This document shows, in pieces, positions 17,774 to 28,385 of a DNA stretch of 64,000 nt. This DNA is from Gammaproteobacteria bacterium (GTDB lineage: Bacteria > Pseudomonadota > Gammaproteobacteria > SZUA-140). The position numbers and the translations under genes are program-made. Positions within the stretch are counted from its first letter, which is position 1, and every line of letters starts with the position of its first letter. The DNA is taken from positions 15,728-79,727 of the forward strand of contig WGFB01000014.1 of the NCBI GenBank assembly GCA_015492435.1, written 5' to 3'. A model generated the notes under the pieces. It had not been told where the DNA came from, made no database searches, and saw nothing but the letters and a program-made list of their open reading frames with translations.

Positions 17774-17885
17774 CTTGTACCGTGTACCTTGTACCTTGTA
17801 CCTTGTAACTTGTAACTTGTACCTTGTAACTTGTACCTTGTACCTTGTAACTTGTAACTTGTACCTTGTACCTTGTACCTTGTAC
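17774..17885. repeat. Heptanucleotide tandem repeat (CTTGTAC/CTTGTAA)x16
   Basis: Directly visible: 16 contiguous 7-bp units with two alternating variants and one CGTGTAC variant. It lies between convergent gene ends. Confidence 0.95.
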
Positions 17886-17916
17886 CTTACTTAGATTGCG
17901 CCAGACTCAGCCCTGG

Positions 17917-19410
17917 CTACCCCTGCCAGGACAGGCCCTGGCCCGCCATGGACACGGCGCGGAACATGGCCCGCCCCTTGTTCAGCGTCTCCTCCCATTC
18001 GTTCGCCGGCACGGAATCCGCCACAATACCCGCGCCCGCCTGGATATGGAGCGTTCCATCCTTGATGACCGCCGTCCGGATGGCGATCGCCGTGTCCATA
18101 TTGCCCTGCCAGCCGATATAGCCCACGGCGCCCGAATAGATGCCGCGCTTGACGGGCTCAAGTTCGTCGATAATCTCCATGGCGCGTATCTTGGGCGCGC
18201 CCGACACCGTGCCGGCGGGGAAAGTGGCGCGCAGCACGTCCATCGCCGTCATATCCGGCCTGAGTTCTCCGGTTACGTTGGACACGATATGCATAACGTG
18301 AGAATAACGTTCCACGACCATTTTCTCGGTCAACTTCACCGTGCCGGTACGCGCCACACGGCCGGTATCGTTGCGGCCCAGATCGATCAGCATGAGATGT
18401 TCGGCCAGTTCCTTGGGATCGGATAACAATTCCTCCTCCAGGCGGCGGTCCTCTTCCTCGGTCGCACCGCGCGGGCGCGTGCCGGCAATAGGCCTCACGG
18501 TCACCACGCCATCCTCGAGCCGGGTCAGGATCTCGGGGGAGGAACCGACAATGTAAAAATCCCCCATGTTCATGTAATACATATAGGGGGAGGGATTCAG
18601 GGTGCGCAGGGCGCGGTAAACATCCAGCGGCGGGGACACATAGGGAATGGACATGCGCTGAGACAGCACGGTCTGCATCACGTCCCCCGCTACAATATAA
18701 TCCTTGATGCGCAATACGGCCTTTTCAAAGCCTTCACGGGTGAACCCCGAAATGAAAGCCTTTTCGTCCACGGCCCCGCCGCGCGCCCCAGGCACGGGAT
18801 ATTCCAGCGGCTCCCGCAAGCGTGACGCCAGTTCATCCAGGCGCCGCTGGACCGTCTCCCAGGCATCGCTGCGCGCGGTGTCGGCATGCACGATCAGGTA
18901 AAGCTTCCCCGACAAGTTGTCGAATACGGCCACTTCTTCCGAGACCAGCAGCATGATATCCGGCGTACCCAGAGTATCCCGCGGCGGGTCCGTACCCAGA
19001 CGGGGCTCGATATAACGAATGATGTCATAGGCAAAATACCCCACCAGCCCTCCCGAGAAGCGCGGCATGCCAGCTACTTCCGGAACCCTGAATCCATGAA
19101 CATAGTCGGCGATCCACGCCAGGGGATCGTCATGGCTTACCTGCTCGATGATGGTGTCGCCCTGTTCAACGGTTATCTCCTTCCCGCTGACACGCACTTT
19201 ACGGACACAAGGCAGGCCGATAATGGAGTACCGCCCCCACTTCTCTCCCCCCTGAACCGACTCCAGCAGATAGGAATAGGGCCGGTCACCGGCGAGCTTC
19301 AGGAAAGTGCTCAGTGGCGTGTCGAGATCCGCCAGCACCTCGCGCATCAGGGGGACGCGGGTATATCCGGCCTTCCTGAATGACTCGAACTGTTGAAGCG
19401 TGACTGTCAC
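17917..19410 (-). CDS. trpE: Anthranilate synthase component I
   Basis: 497 aa. [27 protein letters not shown] and [20 protein letters not shown] match the TrpE C-terminal chorismate-binding region. Apparent GTG start. Confidence 0.9.
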   Translation of the reverse strand: MTVTLQQFESFRKAGYTRVPLMREVLADLDTPLSTFLKLAGDRPYSYLLESVQGGEKWGRYSIIGLPCVRKVRVSGKEITVEQGDTIIEQVSHDDPLAWIADYVHGFRVPEVAGMPRFSGGLVGYFAYDIIRYIEPRLGTDPPRDTLGTPDIMLLVSEEVAVFDNLSGKLYLIVHADTARSDAWETVQRRLDELASRLREPLEYPVPGARGGAVDEKAFISGFTREGFEKAVLRIKDYIVAGDVMQTVLSQRMSIPYVSPPLDVYRALRTLNPSPYMYYMNMGDFYIVGSSPEILTRLEDGVVTVRPIAGTRPRGATEEEDRRLEEELLSDPKELAEHLMLIDLGRNDTGRVARTGTVKLTEKMVVERYSHVMHIVSNVTGELRPDMTAMDVLRATFPAGTVSGAPKIRAMEIIDELEPVKRGIYSGAVGYIGWQGNMDTAIAIRTAVIKDGTLHIQAGAGIVADSVPANEWEETLNKGRAMFRAVSMAGQGLSWQG

Positions 19411-20132
19411 TATGGGAGCACCGTCCTCATCTGCTCCATGCTGTCGATGACCACATCGGGACCGGCTTCACGAATATCCATGCCATGATTGTAGCCATAG
19501 CTGACACAGACGACCTCGAAGCCCGCAGCCCGCGCGGCCTTCACGTCACTGATTGAATCGCCAATCAACAGGCTCTTCTCCGGCGCCACCCGGAAAAATT
19601 CCGCCGCGTGCAGCAAGGGCGCCGGGTCGGGTTTCTTGACCGGCAACGTGTCACCGCTGACAATGATCCCGAAAAATTTTGCGAGGCCGAGTTTGTCAAG
19701 GAGAGGCTCGGTAAAGCGTGCCGCCTTGTTGGTGACGCAACCAAGGGGATATCCGGCGTCGGACAGAAATTTCAGGCCGGCCTCCACGCCAGGATAGGGC
19801 CTGCTGCCCACACAGACGTTCTTTTCGTAGGCTTCGAGAAAAACAGGCAGGGCCTTTTTGAACAATGCCTCTTCAGGCTCGCCCTCATAGGCGCCCACCA
19901 GGGCGCGCTTCACCAGGCGCTCCACGCCATTCCCGATCCATTCACGAACCCGCGCCTCTCCGCGCTCCGGCAGTCCCAGGTGGCGCATCATGATATCCAC
20001 ACACAGGGCCAGGTCCGGAACACTGTCCACCATGGTCCCGTCGAGATCGACGAGTATCATCTCCGGCTTGACCGAAAGCATGCCTGGAGAAGCCCCCATA
20101 CTCCGGGCGCCCTTCCCTGCCGGAACGCTCAT
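19410..20132 (-). CDS. gph: Phosphoglycolate phosphatase (HAD family)
   Basis: HAD motif [13 protein letters not shown], plus C-terminal [10 protein letters not shown]. True start probably at an internal Met. Confidence 0.8.
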   Translation of the reverse strand: MSVPAGKGARSMGASPGMLSVKPEMILVDLDGTMVDSVPDLALCVDIMMRHLGLPERGEARVREWIGNGVERLVKRALVGAYEGEPEEALFKKALPVFLEAYEKNVCVGSRPYPGVEAGLKFLSDAGYPLGCVTNKAARFTEPLLDKLGLAKFFGIIVSGDTLPVKKPDPAPLLHAAEFFRVAPEKSLLIGDSISDVKAARAAGFEVVCVSYGYNHGMDIREAGPDVVIDSMEQMRTVLP

Positions 20133-20818
20133 CGCGCCACCTTGGCCAGTTCCTGTCGCATGGCGTCGATGGTAACCTTGTAGTCATCAGTGTTGAAGAT
20201 GGCCGAGCCGGCGACAAAGGTATCGGCGCCCGCCTCGGCGATCTCACGGATATTGTCGATCTTCACGCCGCCATCGATCTCCAAGCGAATATCGAGCCCG
20301 CTGTCGTCGATAATGCGCCGCGCCTCGCGCAGCTTGTCCAAGGTGGCGGGGATAAAGCTCTGCCCCCCAAAACCCGGGTTGACCGACATCAAGAGCACCA
20401 TGTCCACCTTGTCCAGCACGTAGTTGAGGTAATCCAGGGGCGTGGCCGGGTTGAACACCAGCCCAGACTTGCAGCCATGGTCGCGGATGAGCTGCAGGGT
20501 ACGGTCAATATGCTCGCTGGCCTCCGGATGAAACGTGATATAGCTCGCGCCGGCCTTGGCAAAATCCGGGATGATCCTGTCCACGGGCTTGACCATGAGG
20601 TGTACATCGATATCGGCCGTGATACCATGCTTGCGCAGGGCCTCGCAGACCAGGGGGCCAATGGTCAGGTTGGGTACATAGTGATTGTCCATCACATCGA
20701 AATGAACGATATCGGCGCCACTGGCCAGGACATTGGCCACTTCTTCGCCCAGGCGGGCAAAGTCGGCGGAGAGAATGGATGGAGCGATCAAATAATCTTT
20801 CATGGCAAACCTCTTCAT
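20129..20818 (-). CDS. rpe: Ribulose-phosphate 3-epimerase
   Basis: [16 protein letters not shown]...[14 protein letters not shown]...HLMV...VNPGFGGQ is the classical Rpe signature. Confidence 0.9.
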   Translation of the reverse strand: MKRFAMKDYLIAPSILSADFARLGEEVANVLASGADIVHFDVMDNHYVPNLTIGPLVCEALRKHGITADIDVHLMVKPVDRIIPDFAKAGASYITFHPEASEHIDRTLQLIRDHGCKSGLVFNPATPLDYLNYVLDKVDMVLLMSVNPGFGGQSFIPATLDKLREARRIIDDSGLDIRLEIDGGVKIDNIREIAEAGADTFVAGSAIFNTDDYKVTIDAMRQELAKVAR

Positions 20819-20935
20819 ATAGATAGACTGGATTCTTTACGTTGAATGACCCTGCCGGCTGTCGGTTACTTTACCCGATCGGCAGCGACATTTCACATCG
20901 ACCACCCTGGCTCCGGTCCACATCTTGCGTGCACA

Positions 20936-20964
20936 AAAGAAAAGGGGCCTTGCCGGCCCCTTTT
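20936..20964 (-). terminator. Rho-independent terminator downstream of actF (bidirectional hairpin)
   Basis: GGGGCCTTGCCGGCCCC stem-loop with an A-run on the plus side (a T-run on the minus strand) and TTTT on the plus side. It sits 27 nt after the actF stop. Confidence 0.6.
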
Positions 20965-20990
20965 CCCGATGCCTGTTGGATCTGAGGCAT

Positions 20991-22031
20991 TCAAGTGGTA
21001 CTGCCGCGGACCAGACCGTAACGCTGCAGGGTCTTTTGCATGGCCCACCACGCGGCGCCGAAAACAGCCAGTGTGACGATGAAATCGAACATGGACGTCA
21101 TGGGATAGTGATAATACTGGCTGTCCACCGATCCCGCAATCCATGTGTATCTCTCGATCCAATAGCCCAGGGCTATGGAGAAGGCCACCATGGTGATGAT
21201 GGTCGGATTGTGGCGGTTCCCGGTGAAAATCAGCGTCACGAACGGGAAAATGAACTTGAGGAACAGGAATGTCCACCACAGGGGTCCGAAACCTTCCAGC
21301 ATCATGCTGTTGAAGCGGTGCATTTCCTCGGGCAGGCGGCCATACCACATGATCAGATACTGCGTGAAGTAGAGGTAGGTCCACAGTATGGTCATGGCCA
21401 GCATGAACTGGGCCATATAATTGAAGATATATGGCTGGAAAGGCTTGGTCAGTTTGCCCGAGTTGTACAGAAAATAGAGAAAGATGGTAAACACCGCCAG
21501 GAACATATGAAAGCCACTCTGGAAATGGTAGGCGGCATAGCTGGCGCTGTGCCAGTTGGGCACCATGGTCATCTCGAAATCCCAGGCCACCATGGAACCA
21601 TAGCCGAAATACGCAAATGGGATCAACAAGGCGATGTTCCTGAAACGGCGCTGTGTCTTGTAAGACTTGTCCACTTCGCTCAGGTGCTGGTATTTGATGA
21701 ACAGGCCGTACAGGGTGACAACGGCGATGAAGCCCAGTATTTCGCGGGATACCAGAAAGGCATAATTATGCCATCCGTTCAGATGCACGCCCTCGTCATG
21801 CGCGGTCGCCTTCCACTGAAAGGTGGCATCACCGTTGGCCAGCAGTATGAGCAGCAACACGCCGGCGATGGGAAACAAGGCGGCGAAGGAACATGCCAGA
21901 TTGCGAACCTGAAAACGCCACTGTCCATTGCACAGGTGGAGTACGGCGGACAATGTCACGCCGCCCAGTGCTATGTACAGGATGATCAAAAAGTTTGTCG
22001 TCAAGACTGACCAACTGCCGAAATCTTCCAT
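20991..22031 (-). CDS. actF: Alternative complex III subunit ActF (NrfD-like membrane protein)
   Basis: 346-aa polytopic membrane protein. Last gene of the actABCDEF order. Confidence 0.7.
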   Translation of the reverse strand: MEDFGSWSVLTTNFLIILYIALGGVTLSAVLHLCNGQWRFQVRNLACSFAALFPIAGVLLLILLANGDATFQWKATAHDEGVHLNGWHNYAFLVSREILGFIAVVTLYGLFIKYQHLSEVDKSYKTQRRFRNIALLIPFAYFGYGSMVAWDFEMTMVPNWHSASYAAYHFQSGFHMFLAVFTIFLYFLYNSGKLTKPFQPYIFNYMAQFMLAMTILWTYLYFTQYLIMWYGRLPEEMHRFNSMMLEGFGPLWWTFLFLKFIFPFVTLIFTGNRHNPTIITMVAFSIALGYWIERYTWIAGSVDSQYYHYPMTSMFDFIVTLAVFGAAWWAMQKTLQRYGLVRGSTT

Positions 22032-22070
22032 TATACCCCTCGCTTATATTTTTCGTGCCTTGAATGGATT

Positions 22071-22622
22071 TTACTTGGCCGAGGCCGTGCGCGTCCCCGA
22101 TGCCTGGGCATCCTTCAACAAGCCGTGCTTGACATAATTCACCACATGCCAGCGTTCTTCCACGGACAGATCGTTGGAACCACGGAGATCGTCGCGGCCG
22201 CGCGGCTTGCCATAAGCTGGCATGACAAAGCTGCCGAATGTGATGGTGCCAAAGATCCAGCCTTCCGTGAGCGTTTCCTGCACATAATCGTCCACCAGGC
22301 TGATGGCGCCGATCTTGCCCGCGACTGGCGAGTCGGCCTTGCCCGTCAGGCCATGACAGGCCGCGCAGTAGATCTTGAACAAGGTGCGTCCCTTGTTCAG
22401 CGAGGCATCGCTGACCGGAATCGGGCTGGTAAGCGGCTTGGCCTCGTCGCGGTTGCTCACCGTCGTGGGAATACCGGACACGGGGACCGAGCGGTTGGGA
22501 AAGGGTGTCATGACGCCTTCCTGCGGCTTGATGCTCGGCTGATTGACCATGTCGATGGACCACGGCCATGCGAAGGCCAGCGTTGGAAAAAGAATCAGAC
22601 CCAGTATTAGCTTTGTTTTCAT
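22071..22622 (-). CDS. actE: Alternative complex III monoheme cytochrome c subunit ActE
   Basis: Signal peptide plus a single CAACH heme motif. Confidence 0.75.
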   Translation of the reverse strand: MKTKLILGLILFPTLAFAWPWSIDMVNQPSIKPQEGVMTPFPNRSVPVSGIPTTVSNRDEAKPLTSPIPVSDASLNKGRTLFKIYCAACHGLTGKADSPVAGKIGAISLVDDYVQETLTEGWIFGTITFGSFVMPAYGKPRGRDDLRGSNDLSVEERWHVVNYVKHGLLKDAQASGTRTASAK

Positions 22623-23146
22623 CTGATAACCTCGTGTCTTATTTCCAGCGCCTCGTGCTGATTGAACAGGCTTTTCAACGGCTCCAGGTATTTCTCATCG
22701 ACTTCCAGCTCGATACCCACCTGGTCAAGGGTAACCTTCTCGCTGTACAGGCTCTTGCGCTTGCGCAGCAGCCGCGCTCCGATCAGGAATCCCACCAGGG
22801 TGAACAGCACGCTGAAGAGGATCATCATTTCGTAAGTCAGCACGAAATTGGACGGCAACGGTATGACCGGCTTTCCTCCCTGCGGCTGGACCGTGAAGTT
22901 CGCCTGGGCAGAGGCCAGGAACGTGAACCCGAAGGTGATTCCGAAGATCCCGCCAGCCAGCGTGAACTTTGGCACGTGGGCGGGCCGCTCCCCCAGAATC
23001 TCCTCGATCTCCGGATGTTCTATGGGTGAGATCACCGTAACGTCGTCTACGGATACGCCAGGTATCTTGTAGTGCCGTATGTCCGATATGGCGGCAAAGG
23101 CCTCATCGAAGTTACTGAACAATGCCATGATTCGGGCTTTTTGCAT
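22619..23146 (-). CDS. actD: Alternative complex III subunit ActD (DUF3341)
   Basis: 175 aa with two TM helices. Position between actC and actE. Confidence 0.65.
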   Translation of the reverse strand: MQKARIMALFSNFDEAFAAISDIRHYKIPGVSVDDVTVISPIEHPEIEEILGERPAHVPKFTLAGGIFGITFGFTFLASAQANFTVQPQGGKPVIPLPSNFVLTYEMMILFSVLFTLVGFLIGARLLRKRKSLYSEKVTLDQVGIELEVDEKYLEPLKSLFNQHEALEIRHEVIR

Positions 23147-23148
23147 GT

Positions 23149-24564
23149 CTACGCTCCCTCCAATCCAGGTGATTCCGAGGCCGGTTTCGGTTTCTTATCC
23201 GTGGCGCGCCGGTGCATGACCTCGGCAATGTCCTTGTTGGCCATGTGACGGCGGTGGAAGATCATTTCCTTCACTTCATACATGGAAACAGAAGGTATGA
23301 CCTTGACGAAAATCAGGAACAAAAGGCCGAACCAGCCGAAGCTGCCCAGGACGATGAACCACTGCACCCAGCTTGGCCACATGACATCGTGAGCGGCTGG
23401 TGCGTAGGCCAGGGACAGGGTCGGCGTCACGATCATCCAACGCTCCAGCCACATGCCGAGATTCAGCAACAGTGAGACCACCAGCATGACCGGTATGTTG
23501 CGCCTGAGTTTCTCGAATGCCAGGGTAAAGGGCAACACCGAGCCCAGGAATATCATGGCCCAGAAGTAGGGGGCATACGGTCCCGTGAACTTCGCCCACA
23601 ACAGTTCCTTGGCGATGGGATCGTGGCCGTACCAGACGGAGCTGAACTCGATGATGTTCAGGTAGGTCCAGACCATGGCGATGGCGAAGGTCAGCTTGCA
23701 GGTCTTCTCCAGAATGGGAATGGTCATGTAGTCTTCGAAGCGGAAGAAGTAGCGCAGCATGATGAACAGCGTGATAATGGCCGCGCATCCAGAATACAGC
23801 GCGCCCGCGACGAAGTACGGCGGGAACGTGGTCACGTGCCAGCCGGGCATGATGGAGACCGCGAAGTCAGACGACACGATGGAGTGCACCGACACCGCCA
23901 GGGGAATCAGAAAGCACGCCATGAGCAGGTAGGCCTTGCGGAAATGGCGCCATTGCCGGTCGTCGCCGCGCCATCCCAGGGACAGCACCGTGTAGAGCTT
24001 CTTGCGCCATCCCTTGGCCGTGTCACGGCAGATGGCCAGGTCGGGTATGGACCCCATGTACAGGAACAGCGCCGATGATGTGAGATAGGTCGAGATGGCA
24101 AAGGCGTCCCATACCAGCGGAGACCGGAAATTGGGCCAGATGCCACGGTCGCTGAAATAGGGCAGTACCCAGTACATGTTCCACAGGCGTCCGATGTGGA
24201 TGATGGGAAACAGCCCCGCGGTCATGAGCGTGAAGGTCGTCATGGCTTCGGCGAAGCGGTAGATGGGCTTGCGCCAGTCGGCATGGATGATATGCAGAAT
24301 GGCCGACAGCAGCGTCCCAGAATGGCTCATGCCGATCCAGAAAATGAAAGTAGCGATATAAAGATCCCACATGTGCGGCCAGTTGAGGTTGGCCGGCCCC
24401 ATGCCCACGTTGTACTGGTAAATCTCGGCCACAACGGCGAATGCCAGCAGGATCAGACAACCCGCCACAGCCATCCAATACCCCTTGCGCGGGTTCTCCA
24501 TGGAGCGGAGCACATCCTCGTTGATCTTCGCCCATCTAATGTCTTCGTTGATATCTTTGCTCAT
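23149..24564 (-). CDS. actC: Alternative complex III quinol-oxidising membrane subunit ActC (NrfD/PsrC family)
   Basis: 471-aa, ~10-TM NrfD-like protein directly downstream of the Fe-S subunit. Confidence 0.8.
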   Translation of the reverse strand: MSKDINEDIRWAKINEDVLRSMENPRKGYWMAVAGCLILLAFAVVAEIYQYNVGMGPANLNWPHMWDLYIATFIFWIGMSHSGTLLSAILHIIHADWRKPIYRFAEAMTTFTLMTAGLFPIIHIGRLWNMYWVLPYFSDRGIWPNFRSPLVWDAFAISTYLTSSALFLYMGSIPDLAICRDTAKGWRKKLYTVLSLGWRGDDRQWRHFRKAYLLMACFLIPLAVSVHSIVSSDFAVSIMPGWHVTTFPPYFVAGALYSGCAAIITLFIMLRYFFRFEDYMTIPILEKTCKLTFAIAMVWTYLNIIEFSSVWYGHDPIAKELLWAKFTGPYAPYFWAMIFLGSVLPFTLAFEKLRRNIPVMLVVSLLLNLGMWLERWMIVTPTLSLAYAPAAHDVMWPSWVQWFIVLGSFGWFGLLFLIFVKVIPSVSMYEVKEMIFHRRHMANKDIAEVMHRRATDKKPKPASESPGLEGA

Positions 24565-24623
24565 GACTATCGCGATTCCATTTATAGATTGTTATCACAT
24601 ACCCCTGGCGGCTCAGGCTGGGC

Positions 24624-25496
24624 TCACACTTCGCGCACGCGCTCCAGGAACATTACGCAAGGATCCGTGTTCAGCCCCTCGAACACGCGGTATCCCCGCA
24701 GATCGGGATTCTGCTTGTTCTGCCGGGTGACCCTGAGTTCGACCTGGTGAGCCCTCCACGTCTTCACCACCTTGGTTTCAGGTGCGTCCGTATCCGGGTC
24801 GTAGTGCTTGAGCAAGTCGCCGAACACGATGGCCGAGGTGGGGCAGGTCTGGGCGCAGGCCGGCATGGCCTCGCCGTCGGCAACCGGCCGATTCTCCATC
24901 TTGGCCTTATCCTTCACCGTGCGGATTCTCTGCACGCAGAAGGTGCATTTCTCCATCACACCCTTGTCACGCACGCTGAGATCGGGATTGAGCTGCATCT
25001 CCAGAGGGGCCGGCCAGGACTCCTCGTAGTAGGAGTAGAAGTTGAAGAATCTCAGGCGGTAGGGGCAGTTGTTGGAACAGTAGCGGGAACCGATGCAGCG
25101 GTTATACACCTGTGCGTTGAGACCGTCTGGCGTATGGTAGGTGGCCGCCACGGGACACACCGGCTCGCAGGTGGCCGCGTTGCACTGCTGGCAGTTCATG
25201 GGTATGAAGTTGGCGCCGTGCTGGTTGAATTCACTGACCCTGTCGTCACCCAGGTCGGGCTCGTCCCAGTAGCGCTCAATGCGCATCCAGTGCATGGCCT
25301 GGCCCTTGGAGAATTTTTCGCGCCCTACGACCGGCAGATTGTTTTCGGCATAGCAGGCGACGGAGCATGCATTGCAGCCGATACATTTGTTGAGGTCGAT
25401 GGCCATGCCCCACATGTGTTCATAGTCATGGAAACCGCCCTGCTCATGTCCCTTGCGGTACCTGCTCCAGTCTTCGAGTATATTACTTAGCGACAT
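24624..25496 (-). CDS. actB2: Alternative complex III iron-sulfur subunit (ActB2, 4Fe-4S ferredoxin-type)
   Basis: Multiple Cys clusters (CIGCNACSVAC, CQQCNAATCEPVCP, CIGSRYCSNNCPY, CTFCVQR...CAQTCP) of the DmsB/PsrB type. Confidence 0.8.
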   Translation of the reverse strand: MSLSNILEDWSRYRKGHEQGGFHDYEHMWGMAIDLNKCIGCNACSVACYAENNLPVVGREKFSKGQAMHWMRIERYWDEPDLGDDRVSEFNQHGANFIPMNCQQCNAATCEPVCPVAATYHTPDGLNAQVYNRCIGSRYCSNNCPYRLRFFNFYSYYEESWPAPLEMQLNPDLSVRDKGVMEKCTFCVQRIRTVKDKAKMENRPVADGEAMPACAQTCPTSAIVFGDLLKHYDPDTDAPETKVVKTWRAHQVELRVTRQNKQNPDLRGYRVFEGLNTDPCVMFLERVREV

Positions 25497-27697
25497 TATG
25501 CCTCTCCTTCAGTACGCTCATAGACGTCAGCGGTCACAGTTGCAACGATCTTGCGGCCCAGTTGCGTCTCGCTGCCGCCAAAGATGACCATGGAATCCCT
25601 GACGCGGGTTTTGCTGACCTGAACCTGGGTGCTGTGATGCGCCAGCTCGCCCGTCTTACCATCCGTGTTCAGCGCCAGAATCTTGACGGGATTCACACCG
25701 CGGCCCTTCGCGAAACGGCCATAGGTTTCGTGTCCCTGCCCCATGGGCACGGCAATCGCATCGGGGTGTATGCCCTTGTAGACGTAGACGTTGGCCTCGA
25801 TCGAGCCGTTGGCGGAAGTGATCTTTATGGCGTCACCCGTTTTCACACCCAGTTTGCGCGCCGTGCGGGGATGCATCTCCGCCCACGAATCCCATACCAC
25901 CTTGCTGATCTGATCCGGTGCTTCCTGCAACCAGGGAATGTTGGCGTGCCGCCCGTCCCACAGGCCCAGGCGGGCCGAGGGCACGAGCGTGTAGGCGCCT
26001 TCGCTGGCAGGATTCTCCGGCAGGTCGAAGTCAACCACCTTGGCCGTCAGGCTGCCGCCGCCCGTCGCCACCTCCAGTACGCCTCTCTGCAGGGCGGAAG
26101 CCCAGAATTCATCGTTGCTGGCGCCATTCTTCAGGCTGTCGGGGAGCGCGCTGAAAGCATCCCGCAGATAGGCATAGTAGTCCGCATAACCGTCGTATCC
26201 GGGCACCTTGCGCATCTTCAGCAGGCTCAGCATGACATCCCCGAAACCGCGCGTCTGTTCGTAAAGCGGCTGCATGAGGGGCTGCTGTATGCCTATGACG
26301 GCCTGCCCCGCCTGGTACGCGGCCACATGCGTGCCCCAATCCTCCATGGCGGAGTACATGGGCAGCACGACATCGGCCAGGCGGGTGGTTTCATCCTCGA
26401 ACTGGGAGAAGGCCACCTTCAGCCCCACCTTGCCGAGCTTGTCTCTCAGCCCCAGGGATTCGGGCGCGGTGAAGACCGGGTTCGCGCCACGAAAGAAAAC
26501 GGCATCCAGCTCTTTATTATCCAGGGCCTTGGCGAAATCCATAACATCACGGGTGCCGCCCGTCCTCGCTACGAGCTGAGGAAAGGGGAATGCGCCGGAA
26601 GCCTCGATGGTTTCGCCGATGTTGCCGAGGATGACGTTCAGCAACATGATGGCCGCGACCGTATCGTAGCCATGCCCGTGCCCTTCCGCGGAAGCGCCCG
26701 CCACCACCAGGCTGGGCGAACGCTCGGCCAGCCATCCCGCTGTTTTGACGATGTGCTCGCCTGCGGCGCCGGTAATGCGGCTGGCTTTCTTGATGTCATA
26801 ACGCCTGACGAGTTGCTTCGCCTTGTCGGGCAGCCCGTCCAGCATGGCGGGGTTCTTGGCGCTCAGCGCATTGGCCACCGCCAGGGCGAACACACCCTCG
26901 GTGCCTGGGCGCACGGCGACCCACAGGTCGGCGTTGGCGCCCGTCAGGGTCATCTTGGGCTCCACCTGGACCAGGACGCCGCGCGGCGCCTCGCGGAAAG
27001 CGGCATATTCGACGGCGTTGTGGACCGGGGACTGCCAGGTTCCCAGAAAATCCGCGCCGAAGGACAGGACGACGCGCGCCTTGTCGAAACGCAGGCGCGG
27101 CTGGGGATCGCCCAGCATGTCCTGATTGACCTGACGCGAGACGCTGTTGTTGATGATCTCGTGAACATAGTGACGGCTGGATCCGACCGCCTCGCGGTAG
27201 GCATCCATCAAGACCGCCTGGTGGCCGCTCACCGTATCCGTGAACCAGGCAAAGCGGTCGCCGGATACGCCTTCCATCTTGCTCTGGATATGGGTCAGCG
27301 CCTCGTCCCAGGAAACCGTGGTCAGGCCGCTGCCCTTTCTCATCATGGGACGGGTAATGCGGTCCGGATTGTAGTGGGCCTGAACGCCCGCCTGCCCCAT
27401 CTGACACAGCCTGCCCCGGTTGATAGGCGATTCAGGATTACCCTCCAGCTTCAGCACGCGGCCTTCCCTGACGCGGCCATGCAGCCCGCATCCCGCCGGG
27501 CATTGCTGGCAGGTGGAGGCATAATACACGCCCACGCCGGGTATGACGTACTCTTCCGGGATCATGTAGGAGGTAACTTCCTCCTTGCCTTCCTCCAGCG
27601 TCACGGTTGTGGGCATGTCGCAGCCGGCCAGTGTGGCGCCGACACCACCCCAGCCCATGATCTTCAGAAAATCCCTGCGGTTTACTTTATTGCTCAT
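25496..27697 (-). CDS. actB1: Alternative complex III molybdopterin-oxidoreductase-like subunit (ActB1) with Tat signal
   Basis: Twin-arginine signal NRRDFLKIMGWGGVGATLAGC. 733 aa with complex-iron-sulfur-molybdoenzyme-like architecture. Confidence 0.8.
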   Translation of the reverse strand: MSNKVNRRDFLKIMGWGGVGATLAGCDMPTTVTLEEGKEEVTSYMIPEEYVIPGVGVYYASTCQQCPAGCGLHGRVREGRVLKLEGNPESPINRGRLCQMGQAGVQAHYNPDRITRPMMRKGSGLTTVSWDEALTHIQSKMEGVSGDRFAWFTDTVSGHQAVLMDAYREAVGSSRHYVHEIINNSVSRQVNQDMLGDPQPRLRFDKARVVLSFGADFLGTWQSPVHNAVEYAAFREAPRGVLVQVEPKMTLTGANADLWVAVRPGTEGVFALAVANALSAKNPAMLDGLPDKAKQLVRRYDIKKASRITGAAGEHIVKTAGWLAERSPSLVVAGASAEGHGHGYDTVAAIMLLNVILGNIGETIEASGAFPFPQLVARTGGTRDVMDFAKALDNKELDAVFFRGANPVFTAPESLGLRDKLGKVGLKVAFSQFEDETTRLADVVLPMYSAMEDWGTHVAAYQAGQAVIGIQQPLMQPLYEQTRGFGDVMLSLLKMRKVPGYDGYADYYAYLRDAFSALPDSLKNGASNDEFWASALQRGVLEVATGGGSLTAKVVDFDLPENPASEGAYTLVPSARLGLWDGRHANIPWLQEAPDQISKVVWDSWAEMHPRTARKLGVKTGDAIKITSANGSIEANVYVYKGIHPDAIAVPMGQGHETYGRFAKGRGVNPVKILALNTDGKTGELAHHSTQVQVSKTRVRDSMVIFGGSETQLGRKIVATVTADVYERTEGEA

Positions 27698-27746
27698 CTT
27701 GTTTCACCCCGTTTTCGTCACACACATTGCGTGTGTACAACGTGAA

Positions 27747-28385
27747 TTACTTATGACACTTCCAGCAGTCGAAAGGCCCTTCATTGGCTTCGTGGCACCT
27801 TCTGCAGAAACCCATGTTCAGTGGCTTGACCTTGTGGGCAACAGTCATCTTCTTGACCTCGCCATGGCAGAATGCGCAGACCTCGGCGACGTTTTCTACC
27901 TGCATCCCCTCGTTGTCGAACACAAACCGCTTCAGGTGCTTCTCATGGGTGAAGTGGACGTAGTCGGGCACATCGTGAACCTTCCTCCAGGGAGGCGGCT
28001 CCTTGTTTTCCCAATACTCGGTGAGTTTCTTGATGCGCGGCTTGTCGGTCGCAATGACGCTGTGACAACCCATGCACTTGCTGGTCGGGGGTATCCCCGC
28101 CACTTTGCTGCGCCGCGCGTAGGTGTGACAATACATGCAGTTGATCTGATTCACGTCTGCATGGGTATTGTGAGGAAATTCGATCGGTTGCGGAACATCA
28201 TCGCCCTTGTGCGTGCCGACAGGCGGCACGGCGTTGGGGACTCCGCTTTCGGCCCGCGCGGCGCCGCTCCCGAGAACCAGGGCGATGACGGCAAGCCAGA
28301 ACAAGGATGGTGTCAGGAAACGATTAACGAAACGTGCACCGCGGTGAGTGATATGCCCTGACGGCAATTGCAGAGTATTAAACAT
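27747..28385 (-). CDS. actA: Alternative complex III pentaheme cytochrome c subunit ActA
   Basis: Five CxxCH motifs (CMYCH, CMGCH, CAFCH, CRRCH, CWKCH). Start placed at MFNT, which follows a GAGGGGGGAG RBS. Confidence 0.8.
   Translation of the reverse strand: MFNTLQLPSGHITHRGARFVNRFLTPSLFWLAVIALVLGSGAARAESGVPNAVPPVGTHKGDDVPQPIEFPHNTHADVNQINCMYCHTYARRSKVAGIPPTSKCMGCHSVIATDKPRIKKLTEYWENKEPPPWRKVHDVPDYVHFTHEKHLKRFVFDNEGMQVENVAEVCAFCHGEVKKMTVAHKVKPLNMGFCRRCHEANEGPFDCWKCHK

Noticed and set aside
17774-17885. Possible CRISPR array
   Set aside because: Units are 7 bp with no spacers and no cas genes nearby. This is a microsatellite, not a CRISPR.
17706-17894. 62-aa ORF 'CTLYLVTCNLYLV…'
   Set aside because: Translation of the heptamer tandem repeat. 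The periodic peptide is an artefact.
25562-27745. 727-aa plus-strand ORF
   Set aside because: Antisense to actB1, which has a Tat signal and sits in a coherent ACIII operon.
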